Positions 37,330 to 52,200 of a stretch of 64,000 bases of DNA are shown here, one piece after another; the stretch's first letter is position 1; every line of letters starts with the position of its first letter. Made by a program: the position numbers and the translations under genes. Below the pieces are notes generated by a model, which saw only the letters and a program-made list of their open reading frames with translations, was not told the DNA's origin and did not search any database. The stretch is from Ptychomitrium polyphyllum (Eukaryota): assembly GCA_973851085.1 (NCBI GenBank), contig OZ316775.1, forward strand, positions 21,886,001-21,950,000. The letters are read 5' to 3'.

Positions 37330-40300
37330 TTAATTAATAACTAGGTTTTGAAGTGTTATATAAGCTCCCTTATATAAAGAAAGTAACGGTGAGAAGTTTG
37401 CATATGGACAAATTTTAGAAATTAAAGCTTAAGATAACCACATAAAAATTACCTCTTTTTTAGCATAATTCATATTTTGAAATTAATAAGGTTTTCATCT
37501 TTAATAGAAGATTTTGAAGATATTCAATAAAACTTTATTTTTTTAATTTATATGAATAAGTCATGAATTTCTTAAATTTATCTGATAAGGATTCAAATTT
37601 TTTAATTAGATACTTGCAAAATGCAAACATATGTAATGGCTTTTTGAATTGTTACATAAGTCCCAAAAACACAAATTCAAGTGATTTTTTGAATTTCTTT
37701 TATTGATTAATAAGGCCAATATAGATTGTGGTTTTTTATCTTACCAAAGTTTTTGATAAAATTATTTTATTAGCTAAAAAATTTATTCATGCAATATGAT
37801 AAAATATTTTTGTACTTCATTCCTACTTTTAAAGGTCTTTTGGTCAAAATTCCCTAATAAAAATTTGTTTGCATTATTAACAATTATTACTCTATACAGA
37901 CAATTTTTTCATTCATATTGTTCCTTAATGTCTATTTAAAACAAATACCTTCCTTCCATGTACATCCAATTCTAATACAAATATATATATGCTTCATTGC
38001 CTACTTTCCACAATATAAAGCTCCATAATTTTTTATCCTAAACCTAACATTGAAGACTTTATAATTGTCCAATTTCTATAACAATTCAAATTTATATTCT
38101 CTCCACATTCAATAACAACATATTTATACTTATTATAGAAGTTGGAATTTTTCTTATAATTGGTAACAAAAGTTCTTCTTTATTTATATTTTAATTAAAA
38201 TTAAAATAAAAACCTCAATCTTCTAAAAAATTTGATCTTTTATAAAATTGACTAAAATAAAGGACTTGTTTCTATTAGGCCTTGTATCTATGCCTATTAA
38301 ATATAAAGAGAGCATCTATAAACAGTATCTAATTCAATTTTCAATGTGAAAAAAATAATATAAAAAAAAAAAGTGTACTTACATTCTTGAATTTATGATA
38401 ATCCATCTTAGATTTATTAACAAATTTCCTTAAATAAATTCACATTAAGAATTTCTTCTACAAATTTATCAATACCTTTATAATATAATTAGATTTATAA
38501 TGCAATGCTAATTTTGCTTCTCTCATGTATTATTAATATGTCTTTTCTTATTAAATTTGATTGCCATAAAAAATAAATTACTTATGACTAATTTACAAAT
38601 ATTTTATAAAGTTTTAGCATTTGTACCATAATATTGACACACCATTTTTTAATACAACAACGTTTCTAATTTTACATTTAAAATGTCTACATATCATAAA
38701 TTTACTAGCATCTTTGTTATGGAAGAATGAGCATATTTGGTTCTTATAAAATCTTTTTGAAGATGATAAAAAGAATATGATTAAAGATGGTAAAAGGAGA
38801 ATTTAACTCAAAGATATAATATTACTTTTAAAAATTTCTTTGTAAAGATTATTCCATTCAAGTTGGAAATATCCTTAATTGTGATTAATAATATATTAAG
38901 TATAGATAAAAAAGAAGAAATACAATGACAAGGGAGTAATGGTAATTTCTTCTTTATAAATCATTATTCAATTTGAACTTAAGATAATGATTGATTATTA
39001 AAATTACAACTTCATTCAAAATTTTGAATCTTTATCAAATAATAGATGCAGGAATGTAGGGAAATTGGGGATTTTGTGGAAAAAATAAAACATTAAGAAC
39101 GAGCATGGACAAATCCAATTGGATGTAAATCAAGGATATTTTATAATAAAGTAACATTTCTATTCTAATGTCAATAAATGCTTAATGCTGTTTTTATCAC
39201 AATATTTTTTACAATTTAAAAAATGAAATATATGTCCAATGTAAATTCTTAAGCACCTTTATACAATGACAATATTTACATTATAATGTTTACATCTTTA
39301 TAAGGCAAGTGTAAAATTTTGTAAGTGCATAAAGATTTTTTTATATTTTTAATACCAATTGGATTATGTTATATCATTAATGACTAGTCAAGTATCAATA
39401 TAAATAATTGAAAATAGTGGTTTTAAGATGTAGGGAATTCATAGTTGTGCATACAAGTTTAATACCAAAGAATTAATTGATTATTGTAGTTTGCTTTTTA
39501 AAGCAAAATAAATGAGGAAAATATAGTTTTTTAATACAAGGTTTATGATTTGATCTATTGTATTTTCTTATGAAATTTACAATTTCATCTAAAGTTGTGA
39601 TTTTTTATACAGATTGTTTTAAAATTCTATCCATTATATGTTTAAAAAAGTGATCATGATATTAATAAAAAAATTAACAAATAAAAACCAAAAGTTGGAT
39701 TTTGTGTAAATAAAGAGCATCATTTTTATTTTTTAAATTTATATAATAAATAAGTTAATATTATCAATTTTAATGTTGTATGTATGCTTATATTACAATG
39801 GCTAATGTTTAATATTATAGCCAAAAATGTGATTTCATTGAAATAATTATAAATGATGTAACTTTCAAATTTTTAGTATCTGAAAATTTAAAATTGTATA
39901 ATATATATGGAACATTTTTTTTGCAAAAGATAAAGATTAATGATTAAATATATTCCAAAATATTTTTTGCAACATTCACCTATATGATATATGCTTCAAT
40001 CAATGGTCTAGAGGCTCAAAATAATAACAAAATATATAAATTGTAAAAAAATTGGGCTACAAAAATGCTTTTATTAATAATTTGAGCTTATAACTAGTAA
40101 AAATAATCTTAAAATTTGGAATTTATCCAAATTTATAGAATCGAATATCATTTTTAAGAATTAATAATTTTACTTCTTTAGTATTATCAAAAAACTGAAA
40201 TAATAATCCATTTAAAAACATTTTTATTATTTTAAAAATAAAAGTAAAAATATTTAATGATTAAAAGGAACATATTTTTTAATTATTTATTTATTTACTT

Positions 40301-42600
40301 TACCAAATTTTATAACCAATATGCCAATATACTATAATTTTTTAACAAAATAAACCAACTTCAAAAAATAATGTAGGAATTAAAAATATATCTTATTTTG
40401 CAGAATACATATTATAAACGTGGATATAATACTCTTGTTCTATTAGTAGTGAGCAATATATAGCTATTTCAAAAATCATAAATATTATAGCATTTAAAAA
40501 CAATCTATGTGTTTAACAATCAACCATTTATAAAGTAGTTATTTGAAAAATTCAAAGTCATTATTGAAAAAAACATACAATAGCTATATGGAATTAATAA
40601 GATTAAAATTAAAGACAAATTTTTAGTTTAATCTTTGGAACAATTGAAAACATTGGACATTGATTTTTGACATTTGAATTGAAGGCTTGAAATGTAGTTC
40701 AAGAAGATAAAAAATAATTGTTTTTATTGAAGTTTTTGAAATACTATTGAATCGATGGCATTTGAATTGTTAATGATTTTCAAGAAAAACCTCATTTATA
40801 ATTCTTATAAAAAAGATAAATACATGTTTATATGGTATAAATTTTAAGAATTGAATTAATAATTTCAAATTGTGATTAGAGGACAATTTAATTTTAAATA
40901 TAATAAAATGACATATTATATATAATATTAAATCATCATTTAATTATTTTTAATTTTAAAAAAAGAAATTATATTTTAATTAATTAAGATATCAATGCTT
41001 TTTTTAAAGGATATAATCATTAATTGCTAAGTTTTCAAAAATTATCTTTTAATAATATGTTTTAAAGTCCATTTTTAAAAATATCTATCAAATAACAATT
41101 CCAATGGACTCTTTAAAAATTTACAAATTAATTCCACAATCAAATATAATATATTTTCACGCACAAATTAAAATATCACTATTTCATTATTTGTTTAGTA
41201 CTATTCATTTCACCTCATTACTTAAGAAATCACAATGTCATATTAAATTTGATATATAAACTTATGTAGTTATTTAATTGCATTAGCTCTTTAATAATAC
41301 TTATTAATTTCTTAAATTTTTTTAAAGCACACTAGTATAAAGGATAAAATTTCTTTACTAAATTATATTAAAAAAATTACTTGAATAAAATAAAAGACCA
41401 ACATTTTTATTGATTTAGTTGTTTTATGAAATAATTCAATTACAACAACTAATAAAAATTAACAAAAATGAAATAAAGACTAATTAAGTTTTGATTTAAT
41501 GAAAACATACAGTTTTTGATCAATTCAAAAACATTTGAAGAGACAAAGTGAAATGAATGATCTACTTGGAAGAAAAAGGCCATAATTAAAGTTACAAAAA
41601 TAATTCAAAATTTGAATAATTATATTGTTTTTAAAAAAAATAAAAATTCAGAAATTATTGAGCAAGTCATTATAAGGATTTAAAAAATGTTTTCAGATAA
41701 AATTAATTAGACTTTTTAACTTTTGTTGCTTTTATAAAATCATTAAGGACTCTTTCATTATCTAGATATATATATATTAATCATATATTAATCATAACCA
41801 TGACTTGTAATATGTATAATCAAATGTATATTTATATGTATAAAAATTTTCAAAATTAAATTGATCACGTTTTTTGTACAAATATATAATAGCAAAATAA
41901 AATTAAAAAACATTGAATTGAAATTAAATATAAAAAATATTATTTAATCATTGTGTGCTATATAAAATATATTGAGAAAGTCTTCTCAAAGTGAAAAAAT
42001 CCAAAATTCTTTCATCTTCATATGTATAAAGTTGCTAGTTGGAAACTAATATAAGTAAAGTTTTTTAAATTATTAAGTATTTTGTATTAAAATAAAATCT
42101 ATCCGATCTAACTATACTTAAAATTATTTATGCATTAGATAGTAAAATAGGCAAGTTCTTTATTTTGTTTCCATATCCATCAAAAGACAAATAATCACCA
42201 AAAACATATCCAAAAATATGCTAAAAACAAAATGAATTGACAAATAGATAAATGATAGTATCAATATTGAAAGTTTCTTAAAAATTGGTTGCAATTGGAT
42301 TCATTTAGTCATAGTGGAAAGATTGGTGAATTATACATTAGATTATTTGAAACGAAGCATATATTAGACATAAGCTTATTCCATAATTGTTAATAATTAC
42401 TGTTTGATGGTTAATGGAATAACCTAATAGTGGTTTTGCACCTTTGCTAGAACATCCTTTAATATTCGTAATAAAAAATGTATTCACTTTAATACGACCT
42501 ACAAAAAATTCTTCAATGATTCCTCTAAACCTCTTATTTCAAGGAAATAATTCCACCACCCAACGAAAAGATGGAAATCACATTCACTGCCACAAGCTCA
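37330..42600. other. Extremely AT-rich intergenic tract, probably decayed repeat or gene relic
   Basis: Composition only; no ORF or element termini could be resolved. Confidence 0.4.
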
Positions 42601-43385
42601 CTCTTTTTCTTGTCAATTTCCCGTTTTTCAAGATGAGAGTAAGGACGCTATAAAGTTGCTCACAAACAAAACATCTTGTATCATTACAAATTAATCAATT
42701 TTACTCCCAACTGATACTAAGCTGTGAAAATACTACCAACCAGAATCCAAACTGTGTTCAGCTTCTCCATCTGAGACCATGGTTGGCATCAATTTGCCTG
42801 CAAAGTCATCTATCTGACTGACACCTTCTATTAACACCTATTGTACAACCAGAATAACCAGAATCCACAACGGGCAGCTAGGACGTGCACAGAATTAAAA
42901 AAATAAAAATACCATAAAAAAACACTGTACATTGAGTCGTGATACGATCTAACTACCTGCTTGTTAAGGAAGATGATATAACTTAGGGACGCACAGCAAT
43001 GATATCCCCTCTTGCAAAGCAGTGTTCGCACATGCACAAATGAAGATCGATTTTGTACATCTCCCAACCAAAATTGGCGATATTGCTCTCCCAAATTTTT
43101 TTAGAGCAGTTGCTACTGTATATCCGCTCGCTGCATAAAGAAGTAAAATCTGTAAAAGTTATTCCATTCCTTAAAAATATTCACAGATCTAACGTGCAAA
43201 TCACGATTCTGTGATATCTCACGTGCATAGATTCAACAGGGATTTTACAAATTTGTCCTCACTTAGACAACACGAACTACACCGTCCTACTTTTGACGCC
43301 GGCATGAGCTTATGTGTATATTTCTTCTTATACAAAGTACATAACTAATTACACATAATTACTGCAAGTAAAGAATAGGAAGAAC

Positions 43386-46300
43386 CTGAGTTGGTGCATA
43401 TAATGACTGCTGATTAGGAGCCATTGTTGACTGTACCACCATCATATCCTGCACACATAATCGCAAAACATCCGTGCAAATAAACAAAATGGAAGACCAA
43501 TGAAGATGTTCAATGAACTAGACTGATACTCAAAGTCGGATGACATAGATAAACTCCCCTGTGCTAAATATCTATCCCTTGAATTACATCAATGATGGTT
43601 ACCAGAAAACAGGTTACGATTAGGAGCTTCATCATTACATTTCTATCCATATGATAGTACTAATGACTATTATTCTTACAAGCAATGAAAACGTGAACAT
43701 ACACCACATTCAACCACAGACTTACAAACAGAGATAAGTTTTGTTCACATGTTTCTTGTCAAAAGGAGTACAAACCAACTTATACTTACGGAAGTTCCCA
43801 TTGGATAATGCACAACTTGCGCAGATATTGGTGGGTAATACGTGCTCCCATACTGAACCTGGTCTTCTCCAACTCCAGCCCAAGGTACTGCCGTCTCCTC
43901 TTCCTGAGGTCAATGACAAATTATATAAAGTACTGTAGACAGATAACAAGGTAGAGATCTCCAGCGAAAAATGAATCCATCATCCCTTTCCCGAATTGCT
44001 TTACAGGACAGAGGTTTCAATGCTGCACAAAGGTATTAAATCACCATAATGTCAAAAGAAAACGCTATACTCTTTTAGTGACATCTTCCCGGATCCTGTA
44101 AGATGTGCAGAACAGCTAAATAACAACATACCGTATGTTGAGTTATTTCTAGTACTCTTACCTCTCGTCCACATTCAGCTAAGGGAGATGCAAATTAGAA
44201 TGCAGCAAGCCAACTCCAGATTGAGTAATACGAATATTCTGATAGATCAGCATAATTCTTCAAAACTTTGTGAAGATAAAGACCAGCTATTTTGTAACTT
44301 ACCTTAAGCTCGTCGCGAGGAACAATATCTACAAGAAAATCAAAGATATCACCCCTGTTTATGGCTCCGGCGATATCGTTCCTTTGTAATGTACGCCGCT
44401 TGTTTTCCTCTGTGTGTATCCATGATCGCAAGGTTAACTCTAAAATGAACATCTCACATGCCTTTGCAAACAGAACTGGAGCTTCAGCTGCAATCATCTG
44501 CAAACAAAATGGACATAAAAAGTTAGGTCACAACAATGAAATGAATTTGCACATCCTCCATTCGAATCTCCTTCAGAGATCTCTTACTAAATAGAGCTCG
44601 GGTCAAATTATGGAAGCAAGATGGATAACTAGTTGCATCATACACATTCCATCAGCCAAATTTTATGTTCGCAAATGTAGCAGCAAGGTTGCAATGATTG
44701 TCGAGCAGGTCATATCACACAGAAAACGACAGTGCTTAGGTGAATGATCATGCTTGTGAAGGCAAATTAAAGAAACATCTAAAATAGAGAATGTGAGCAA
44801 TCTCTTGAAAGACGAAAAACATCCACAGAACATCGGAACACAGAAGAGCCTACACTGAACAAAACTTTAATCCACCAATGGGAAGACCGAAAGTTCTTTT
44901 TATTCCAGCTGCTTCATTCAACGCATACAGCAATCTCACACAACATTGTAAAATACTCTTCAACATGCAGTTTCTTTAAGATCATCACATGGATACTGCG
45001 ATCATCCACTTTTTCGCAAAAGAAATTTGTAATTAATGCACGGCATGTTAAAAATCGGAGACTAAAACTTGTACCTTCACATCTTCGTCAGACTTCATGA
45101 TTTTTTTGATCCGTGCTAATGGCAGCTGATGATTCTTAAATTCTGTGCACAATGCAAAGTCAGTCAGTCCTTTTCCAGAGCATGTCGACGCAATGATATC
45201 TAAATTTGCATTTTTCTTCCATCAGAATGTCATCTTGCTTTGCTTATTCTTAAACTGAAATACGCAAGACAACCTTGAAAACACTATCACTTGACAACAA
45301 GGTCCAGAAGCAAATTGAGCACTAAGACTTTCCTTTCTAAAGTCCTAATAACAAAACAGTCTGCTCGACTCTTTTAATAGATTTAAAGGAAATTATAATA
45401 TTTTGTCTATGATCATATACGTGATCAGCTCAAGCTAATCCTCCAATAACATACAAACTTCAAAGAATTGGAACTCTAAGTTCGAACTATTTATCAGTCT
45501 ATGACAATTTTCGTAGTTCGTGTTTAAGTGCCTATTGCATACGTTTCAAGTATTCACCAATCTGAACGGGATAAACGAGCTATTCTCCAGCAGGAGAAGT
45601 TCCCAAAGGGCTACAATTACTTAAAAAGACCAAGTCAACAATAACCGACATACAGTAATCACATTTTTAAGCCTAGTCACAACTGTTGAGCCATTCTCTA
45701 TGATAACACTCAAACGACAGAGTTAGACGATCCCAAGGTCAAGAAACATACATAAGTTAGAGGTACGAAAGAACCTGTAAGATGTGTCATAAGCAGCTCT
45801 GACTTGCTGGATTTCTCTGTAAAACACAACGTATTAAAACATCACGGCCAATTTTAAACCAGATAACAATCTCGACCTCAAAAAACAGAATCATTAGTCA
45901 ATGAAAAGAAACAACGCATCCACACAGAAACGCACATGCACAAAGAAGAAAACGATAAATTATCACTTCACCGCTCAGCTGCTCCATCTCTTGATTCTGC
46001 TGCTGCCAGAACATCTGCACTTGCGGATTCTGCATCTGCGTCTTCATCTTTCCTTGCATCTACAGAACACAAAGTCGAAGCAATGATTATCAATCTCCAA
46101 ACCAGAAACTCACTCTCAACCCGCACCACCGCCTCAAACCATAACACTCATTTACACTCATTCAACAGGACCGACACTTGAATGATTTTCAATACTCCAA
46201 CCTAACCGCTTCACAGTTTCAATGTCCCTCTCCAAGATACTTAAAATCCTACAGAGATATTCAATATTCTGGTAGTTTCTTGCAACTCCGGCAGTTTCAA

Positions 46301-46549
46301 GGGCACGCATATCTTAAAAAAACATATGTTGTCTAACCTAAAAATATGCATGTAGTGTATTTCAAGACTGAGAACCTCATTTCAGCAGTCCTGAAACTAT
46401 CAAAGTAATGAATGTCTCCATAACAACAATTACTGCATTCAACCATACAAGAACCGCAACAAGACCCAAAACTACTCGATTTCCATCCCGATTTCTTCCT
46501 AGTTCTTCCTCACCTGCTGCTTAGCGTGCTCAAACCCTTGCTGTGCCAT
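43386..46549 (-). CDS. NF-YC: Nuclear factor Y subunit C (HAP5); exons 46549-46514, 46059-45972, 45142-45075, 44497-44303, 43903-43790, 43448-43386; terminal exon unresolved (candidate acceptors at ~43150, ~42957, ~42798)
   Basis: [71 protein letters not shown]...[10 protein letters not shown] histone fold. Confidence 0.9.
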
Positions 46550-47993
46550 CTCCGCAGCACCGGCGTGCGGACGAGTCGACGCCATCTCTGCAAAGCTCCA
46601 ACGATCGCAACGCAGCCTCGCTTGCATGGCATACCATGCTCTCGAGTCTCATGGCCATGACCACATCGATTATATACCCGAAGTTGTCACTGCACCTAAT
46701 CCCGACATGATCTAGTAAATCTCTAAAAGTTCGACAATAAGATCTACACTTCTTTGAATATAAGTTGACATTTATGAAAGATGTCGGTTTTGGGTATAGA
46801 CTTATAAGCATGCGATGTCAACGAGGACCTTCGTTCAGAAGGCATGACATGCACCGCTACTGACTGGCACAAACGTGGCAGTTCCGCATTGGGTAGCTTG
46901 TCATGGAACCAGAGAAGGCACTTGTGTGGGTTTTGTGCACTGACATCTGGACTCCTGGCTTCTCTCCCAATCAGGTGTACCAACTTTTTCGGTATTGGTC
47001 AGTGTATTGTAGGCGTATCTCCGTAACCGTATCTCGTTAGGCCTTCTTCATTTTGTCCACTTTCTGAGTCTGAGATTCTAGGAAGGGGTGGTTTTACACC
47101 GGCTTAACAGCCATGAGAAACATAATATTTTCAATAGTTGTGGCCGTTGGTCAAGAGTTGTCATCCAGAAAAATCAAAAAGCTTACTTTGAAATTCTTTG
47201 TCACTTTTCATCCATCAAGTTGGATTAGGATTAGGAAGATTCCCTGCTACCAAAAATATATGGGCTAAAATTTTAATGGAAAACTGAAAAGGATTTGATT
47301 TAGAAACACATCAAATGTTTTACATTTTCTTTTGCTTTCTCACCTTCCATCATGTAGACTCATCCCTTCATCTTCTTTTTCCTTCTTTCTTGTAATGTTA
47401 GCATATAAAAAAAGAACGAAGAAATGAGAAACCATCAATTAGTGCTTGAATAGCAAAAGATCCAAAAGTGCCAACGTGTTCCTAACTAATGTTTTATCAA
47501 AAACAATGTGAAATAAACAACTTTAAAATGGCATTACGTTCTTATAAATATTCCAATTCATGAAATAGAAAGTGCAATAATTAGATAATTGGATACGTCT
47601 TCATAGTTTAACAAGTTTTTATAATAAATCAAAAAAATCATTATGCAATAGCGTTTTTTATAAGAAAATATTAACCATAGCGCTACCACCGTTGGCACAA
47701 ACTAAAACCCTCATATAAAAAAGGCATACAAACAATGAAATCTTCAATTATTTCTAAAGACATTTCTTTCTACACTTATTGAACAATTTTGACCAGTTTC
47801 TTTTTGCTGCTTGGTTTTAAATCATTTAGTTAAGAATTTTTTCTTGATATTGCATCACTAATTCATTTTCAGGTATATAACAAGTTGAATAAATTTCAAA
47901 TTCAATAATGGACAATACTTTCAACCTTCTAAAGTTATTTAATAGTAATTTTTGTTGTTTAGAAACTATTAAATTGTCCAAATGAAAGTCTAC

Positions 47994-48564
47994 TATTAGG
48001 GACGCAAGAAACAAGAAGCAGAAACGAAGTGTTTTCCAAGAATTAGCTTCCAAAGAGCTAATGATTAACAAGAACTTGATATAAAGACTAGAACAAGGCA
48101 GGATTCAAGATGATCCACAACTTGTGTTGGCAAGACTAAGGAATACCTTGTCTTGCCTCCTATTTATACTATAACGTTTCTATCTCCTAGAATACTTTTA
48201 AAGAAGCTTCCCACAAGGCTTAAGAATGTTCTGGAAGTCTAAGGAACCTTCCCAAGAAGTTTCCTAAGATGTTGGAACCTTCCGAAGAGTCTTTCAAGGA
48301 ATTGGAACTTTCCTTGGAAGTTTCTTAAGGTACCGGAACCTTCTTAGAAAGTTTCCTAAAGTAGTAGAAGTTTCCTAGGAAGTTACATAAGATGATAGAA
48401 CCTTCATAGGAAATTTTCTAAGGTGAAGGAACTTTCCTAGGAAGCTTCCTAAGAACATGGAAAGACTATGGAGACATCTAAAAGTATTCTAAGAAGTTAT
48501 TATAGTATACTAGAAGGTTCTAGAATGTTCTAAGGACTATGTTGCATCATCTATGTTTGTAACA
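47994..48564 (-). repeat. 3' LTR of B2
   Basis: Direct repeat of 53958-54559, one ~31-bp U3 unit shorter. Confidence 0.95.
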
Positions 48565-48619
48565 TCACCTCCCCATTTAGCGACAAGTCCCATGAGGAGC
48601 TCTTTTTTAGGATTGCTTA

Positions 48620-49057
48620 TCACATTTCTACAAATTCCAAAATTTGTTGAAGGAGTGAAGCAACATACTCTGCTCGTTGTTCTTTGTTCACTGGTTCAAC
48701 TGATCCTTGCAAGAAGCGTCCATGGCCGCCAGCCAAGACTTTTGTTGTTGAAATGTCCCATCCCAAGATCTGATCTTGATTAAGTCCTTCAAAACATCCT
48801 CCAAACAAGATTTCGGGTCCTCCAAGTGTGACTCTTCCAATTTCTAACAAGATGATTAGAGCGCGAGCATCTGAATCAAGACTAGAATGTGAAGGGCGAC
48901 TAGTCAATACTTCTGCACGAGGTCGTACAAGACGTTGGAATGTCCCTCTCATATCTTGACTTAGATCCTCCGTTACCGAGGGCTGAGAAAGTTGAGTTGA
49001 CTCAACAGATGCTGTTGTTCATGAAGGCATGGCTGACTGCTCTTCACGCATATCCAT
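48620..49057 (-). pseudogene. ORF3 of copy B2 (146 codons with one TGA at 49019-49021; open for 110 aa from ATG 48952)
   Basis: MDMREEQSAMPS*...RALIILLEI...PEILFGGCF...LGW...LQGSVEPVNKEQRAEYVASLLQQILEFVEM*; homologous to family A ORF3. Confidence 0.7.
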
Positions 49058-49218
49058 GATAACACGAAGATTTGACACACTGGCTAGGATTTGGAAATGA
49101 TCTATCTTGGAAATGATGCTGCATACAATTGGAGGTTTGGATATCTCTCCTCCCTTCTTATACTTGTCTATGAAGGAAAAACTTCTCTGTGAAGCTAACG
49201 GCTGCTGATGACACATCA

Positions 49219-52200
49219 TCACTGACCTGGTTTCTGAGGATATCTTTGATGAAATTCGCGTACCTTCTCAGATGCATTTGTTACATTCGTTGAAGGTTCC
49301 CATGTTCGGTCATTGATGCCATATCCTTGCCAATATATAAGATACTCCACACGTCCGTTCTTGATGCGTGAATCTAAGATCTCTTCCACTTCATATTCAA
49401 TTTCATTATTGATTTCTAGCGGAGGAGGCGGAGGGACAATTTTCTCTGGTATACATGATTTGTTATAGGTTTCCAACAACGATACGTGGAATACTGGATG
49501 AATTTGCATGCTTGATGGTAGCTTTAGGCAATAACTAACCAAATTTATTTGTTTGCTGATTTCAAACGGTCCCAGCCTTTGATAGACCAACTTCTTTGAT
49601 GGTCTTTTTGTCTGTATATTTCGTCGTAGGAGCCATACGCTACTCCAACCTTGAACTTTGGATGGTCCTTTCGATGGCGATCTGCATAAGTTTTGTAACA
49701 ATCTTGAGCTTGTTGTAACTGAAAGGTAATTTCTTGATGGATTTTAGCAAGTTGAGTTGCAAAATCCTCTGCTGCAGGACTTCCAACATACTTCACTTGA
49801 AATGGATTTGTTTGAGGATGATGGCCATAGTTTGCAAAGAATGGACTTTGAGTTGTTGAAGAATGCACCGTATTGTTGTAAGCAAATTCTGCCAAAGGCA
49901 AGAGGTCCATCCAATTGTCTTGCTGGTAGTTTATGCTACAACAAAGGTACTGCTCCAAAATTTGATTTACACGTTCGGTTTGGCCATCAGTTTGCGGATG
50001 GTGTGCTGAAGAAAGATTGATCTTTACACGCAACAGCTTGAATAGAGCCCTCCAAAAGTTGGAAATAAACTGCGGCCCTCAATCGGATACAATATCATCT
50101 GGTAGTCCATGTATGCGGTAGATGTGATTTAGGAACAACTTGGCAGTTTCTTCTTCCGTTACCGTCTTGTTGCATGAAATGAAATGTGCCATTTTGGTAA
50201 ATCAATCCACCACTACCAAAATAAAATCCTTAGATTTGGAATTTAGAAGGTCCGTGATAAAATCCATTGATAAAGACAACCATGGGCCCTTTGGCACTGG
50301 AAGTGGATGGAGGCGACCATGAGGTTGGTACCTTGGTACCTTGACTTTTGCACAAGTGTCGTATGATTGAACAAAGTCCTTCACGTACTTCCACATTTGT
50401 GGCCACCAATAGTCTCTTGCAATCAACTCCATTGTTTTATTGAATCCAAAATGTCCTGCTGCTGGAAAATCATGACGTGCTTGAAGGATCTTCAACCGCA
50501 AAGGGCCTGGAGGTAGGTACAAAAGTCCTTTATAATAAAGTAGGCCCTCTTGGAGTTCAAAACTCCTCATCGCTATTTGAAGGATTTCCATTGACTTTGA
50601 AGCGCTTCTTTATATTTGAAACAAAGACGTCATTCTTCAAAGCCTTCTGAATTTTGTCAAAATGGGATGTTGTTGTAATAATGGCTGCTTTCAATTGAAG
50701 ATTCTCAGGCTTCAATAAAATAGTCCTTTGTTGATTCAAAACATCATCTCCAAGTTGAGGAGCTAAATAAGATCTTCAAAATAAGGCATCTGGCTTACCT
50801 TGCAAGCTACCAGATCGAGAAGTAATGAAAAACTCAAATCTGAAAAGCGACACACTCCATTTTGCTTGACGGTGATTGAAAACGCGCGCACTTATGAAAT
50901 ACTCCATGTTCTTGTGATCTGTGTATATTGTGGTGGTATGTTGAACTCTTTCCAATAAGTGTTGCCATTCTTCAAATGTATCCACAATTGCAAGTAGTTC
51001 TTTATCATGTATGTTATAGTTGATCTCTGCCGCTGAGAACTTTCTTGAACGAAAGGCAAGAAGGTGAAGTCTCCTGTCTTCATCATATTGTGAGAGTACT
51101 GAGTCAAGCGCAAAATTTGAGGCATGTGCTTTCAAATAAAAAGGCTTTGATGGATTTGGATGAATAAGAATTGGAGCTGATGTGAATGACTTTTTAAGAC
51201 TTTGAAAGGTTTTTTTCGCCTCTTCATCCCAAATGAATTTTGCTTCCCCGTAAGATGTGTTAATGGTGCGGCAATCTTGGAATAATTCATAATAAATATT
51301 CTGTAGAAGTTTGCAAATCCCAAGAAGCATTGAACATCTCGAATTGATCTTGGCGTACTCCACTCCATGACAGTGCTTATTTTTTTCTTATCCATATGAA
51401 TTCCTCCTTTGGAAATGATGTAGCCTAAAAATTCAACGAATGATTCATGAAAAAGGCACTTCTCCAATTTGGCATATAATCCTCGCTGACGTGGTTTTTC
51501 TAAGACTAGTTGCACATGACATTCGTGGTCTTGTTTATCCTTTGAATATATCAGAATGTCATCCAAGTAAATGACTACAAAATCGTTCAAATGTTCATGG
51601 AAGATATCATTCATCATATGTTGGAAGACTGCGGGGGCATTCGTAAGGCCAAAAGGCATGACATTGTATTCAAAATGACCATACCTAGATCAAAAAGCTG
51701 TCTTCCATTCGTCTCCTTCTTTGATGCGTACAAGATTTTAGGCTCCTCTAAGATCAATTTTGGTGAATATTTTTGCTTGGCCAAGTTGTTGTAGGAGTCC
51801 TGAGATTAATGGTAATGGATAGCGATTCTTTTTTGTTACTTTATTGAAGCCTCGATAGTCTACGCGCATACGTAATGATCCATCTTTCTTCTTAACAAAT
51901 AGAATGGGTGCTCCAGCACGTGATTTAGAGTGTTGAATGAAACCTTTTCCAAGGTTTTCATCGATATATTCTCTCAAGGTAGCCCATTCAGTTTCTAATA
52001 AGTTATAAATAGGTCCAAAAGGTGGTTGGGCTCCTTCTTGCAATTTAATGGTACAATCGTAAGGCCGGTGTTTTGGTAATATGTCCGCATTCTTCTTCTC
52101 AAAAACGTCTTTATACTCTTGATACTGACGAGGTATGTTTTGATTAGTCTCTATTGTAGAGTTAGACATTAGCATGGCATAATCGCATAGATTAATTCAT

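Noticed and set aside
38700..39150. Possible SWIM/MULE-like coding relic (DYSIQVGNILNCD)
   Set aside because: One weak motif in AT-rich DNA, with no supporting order of motifs or termini.
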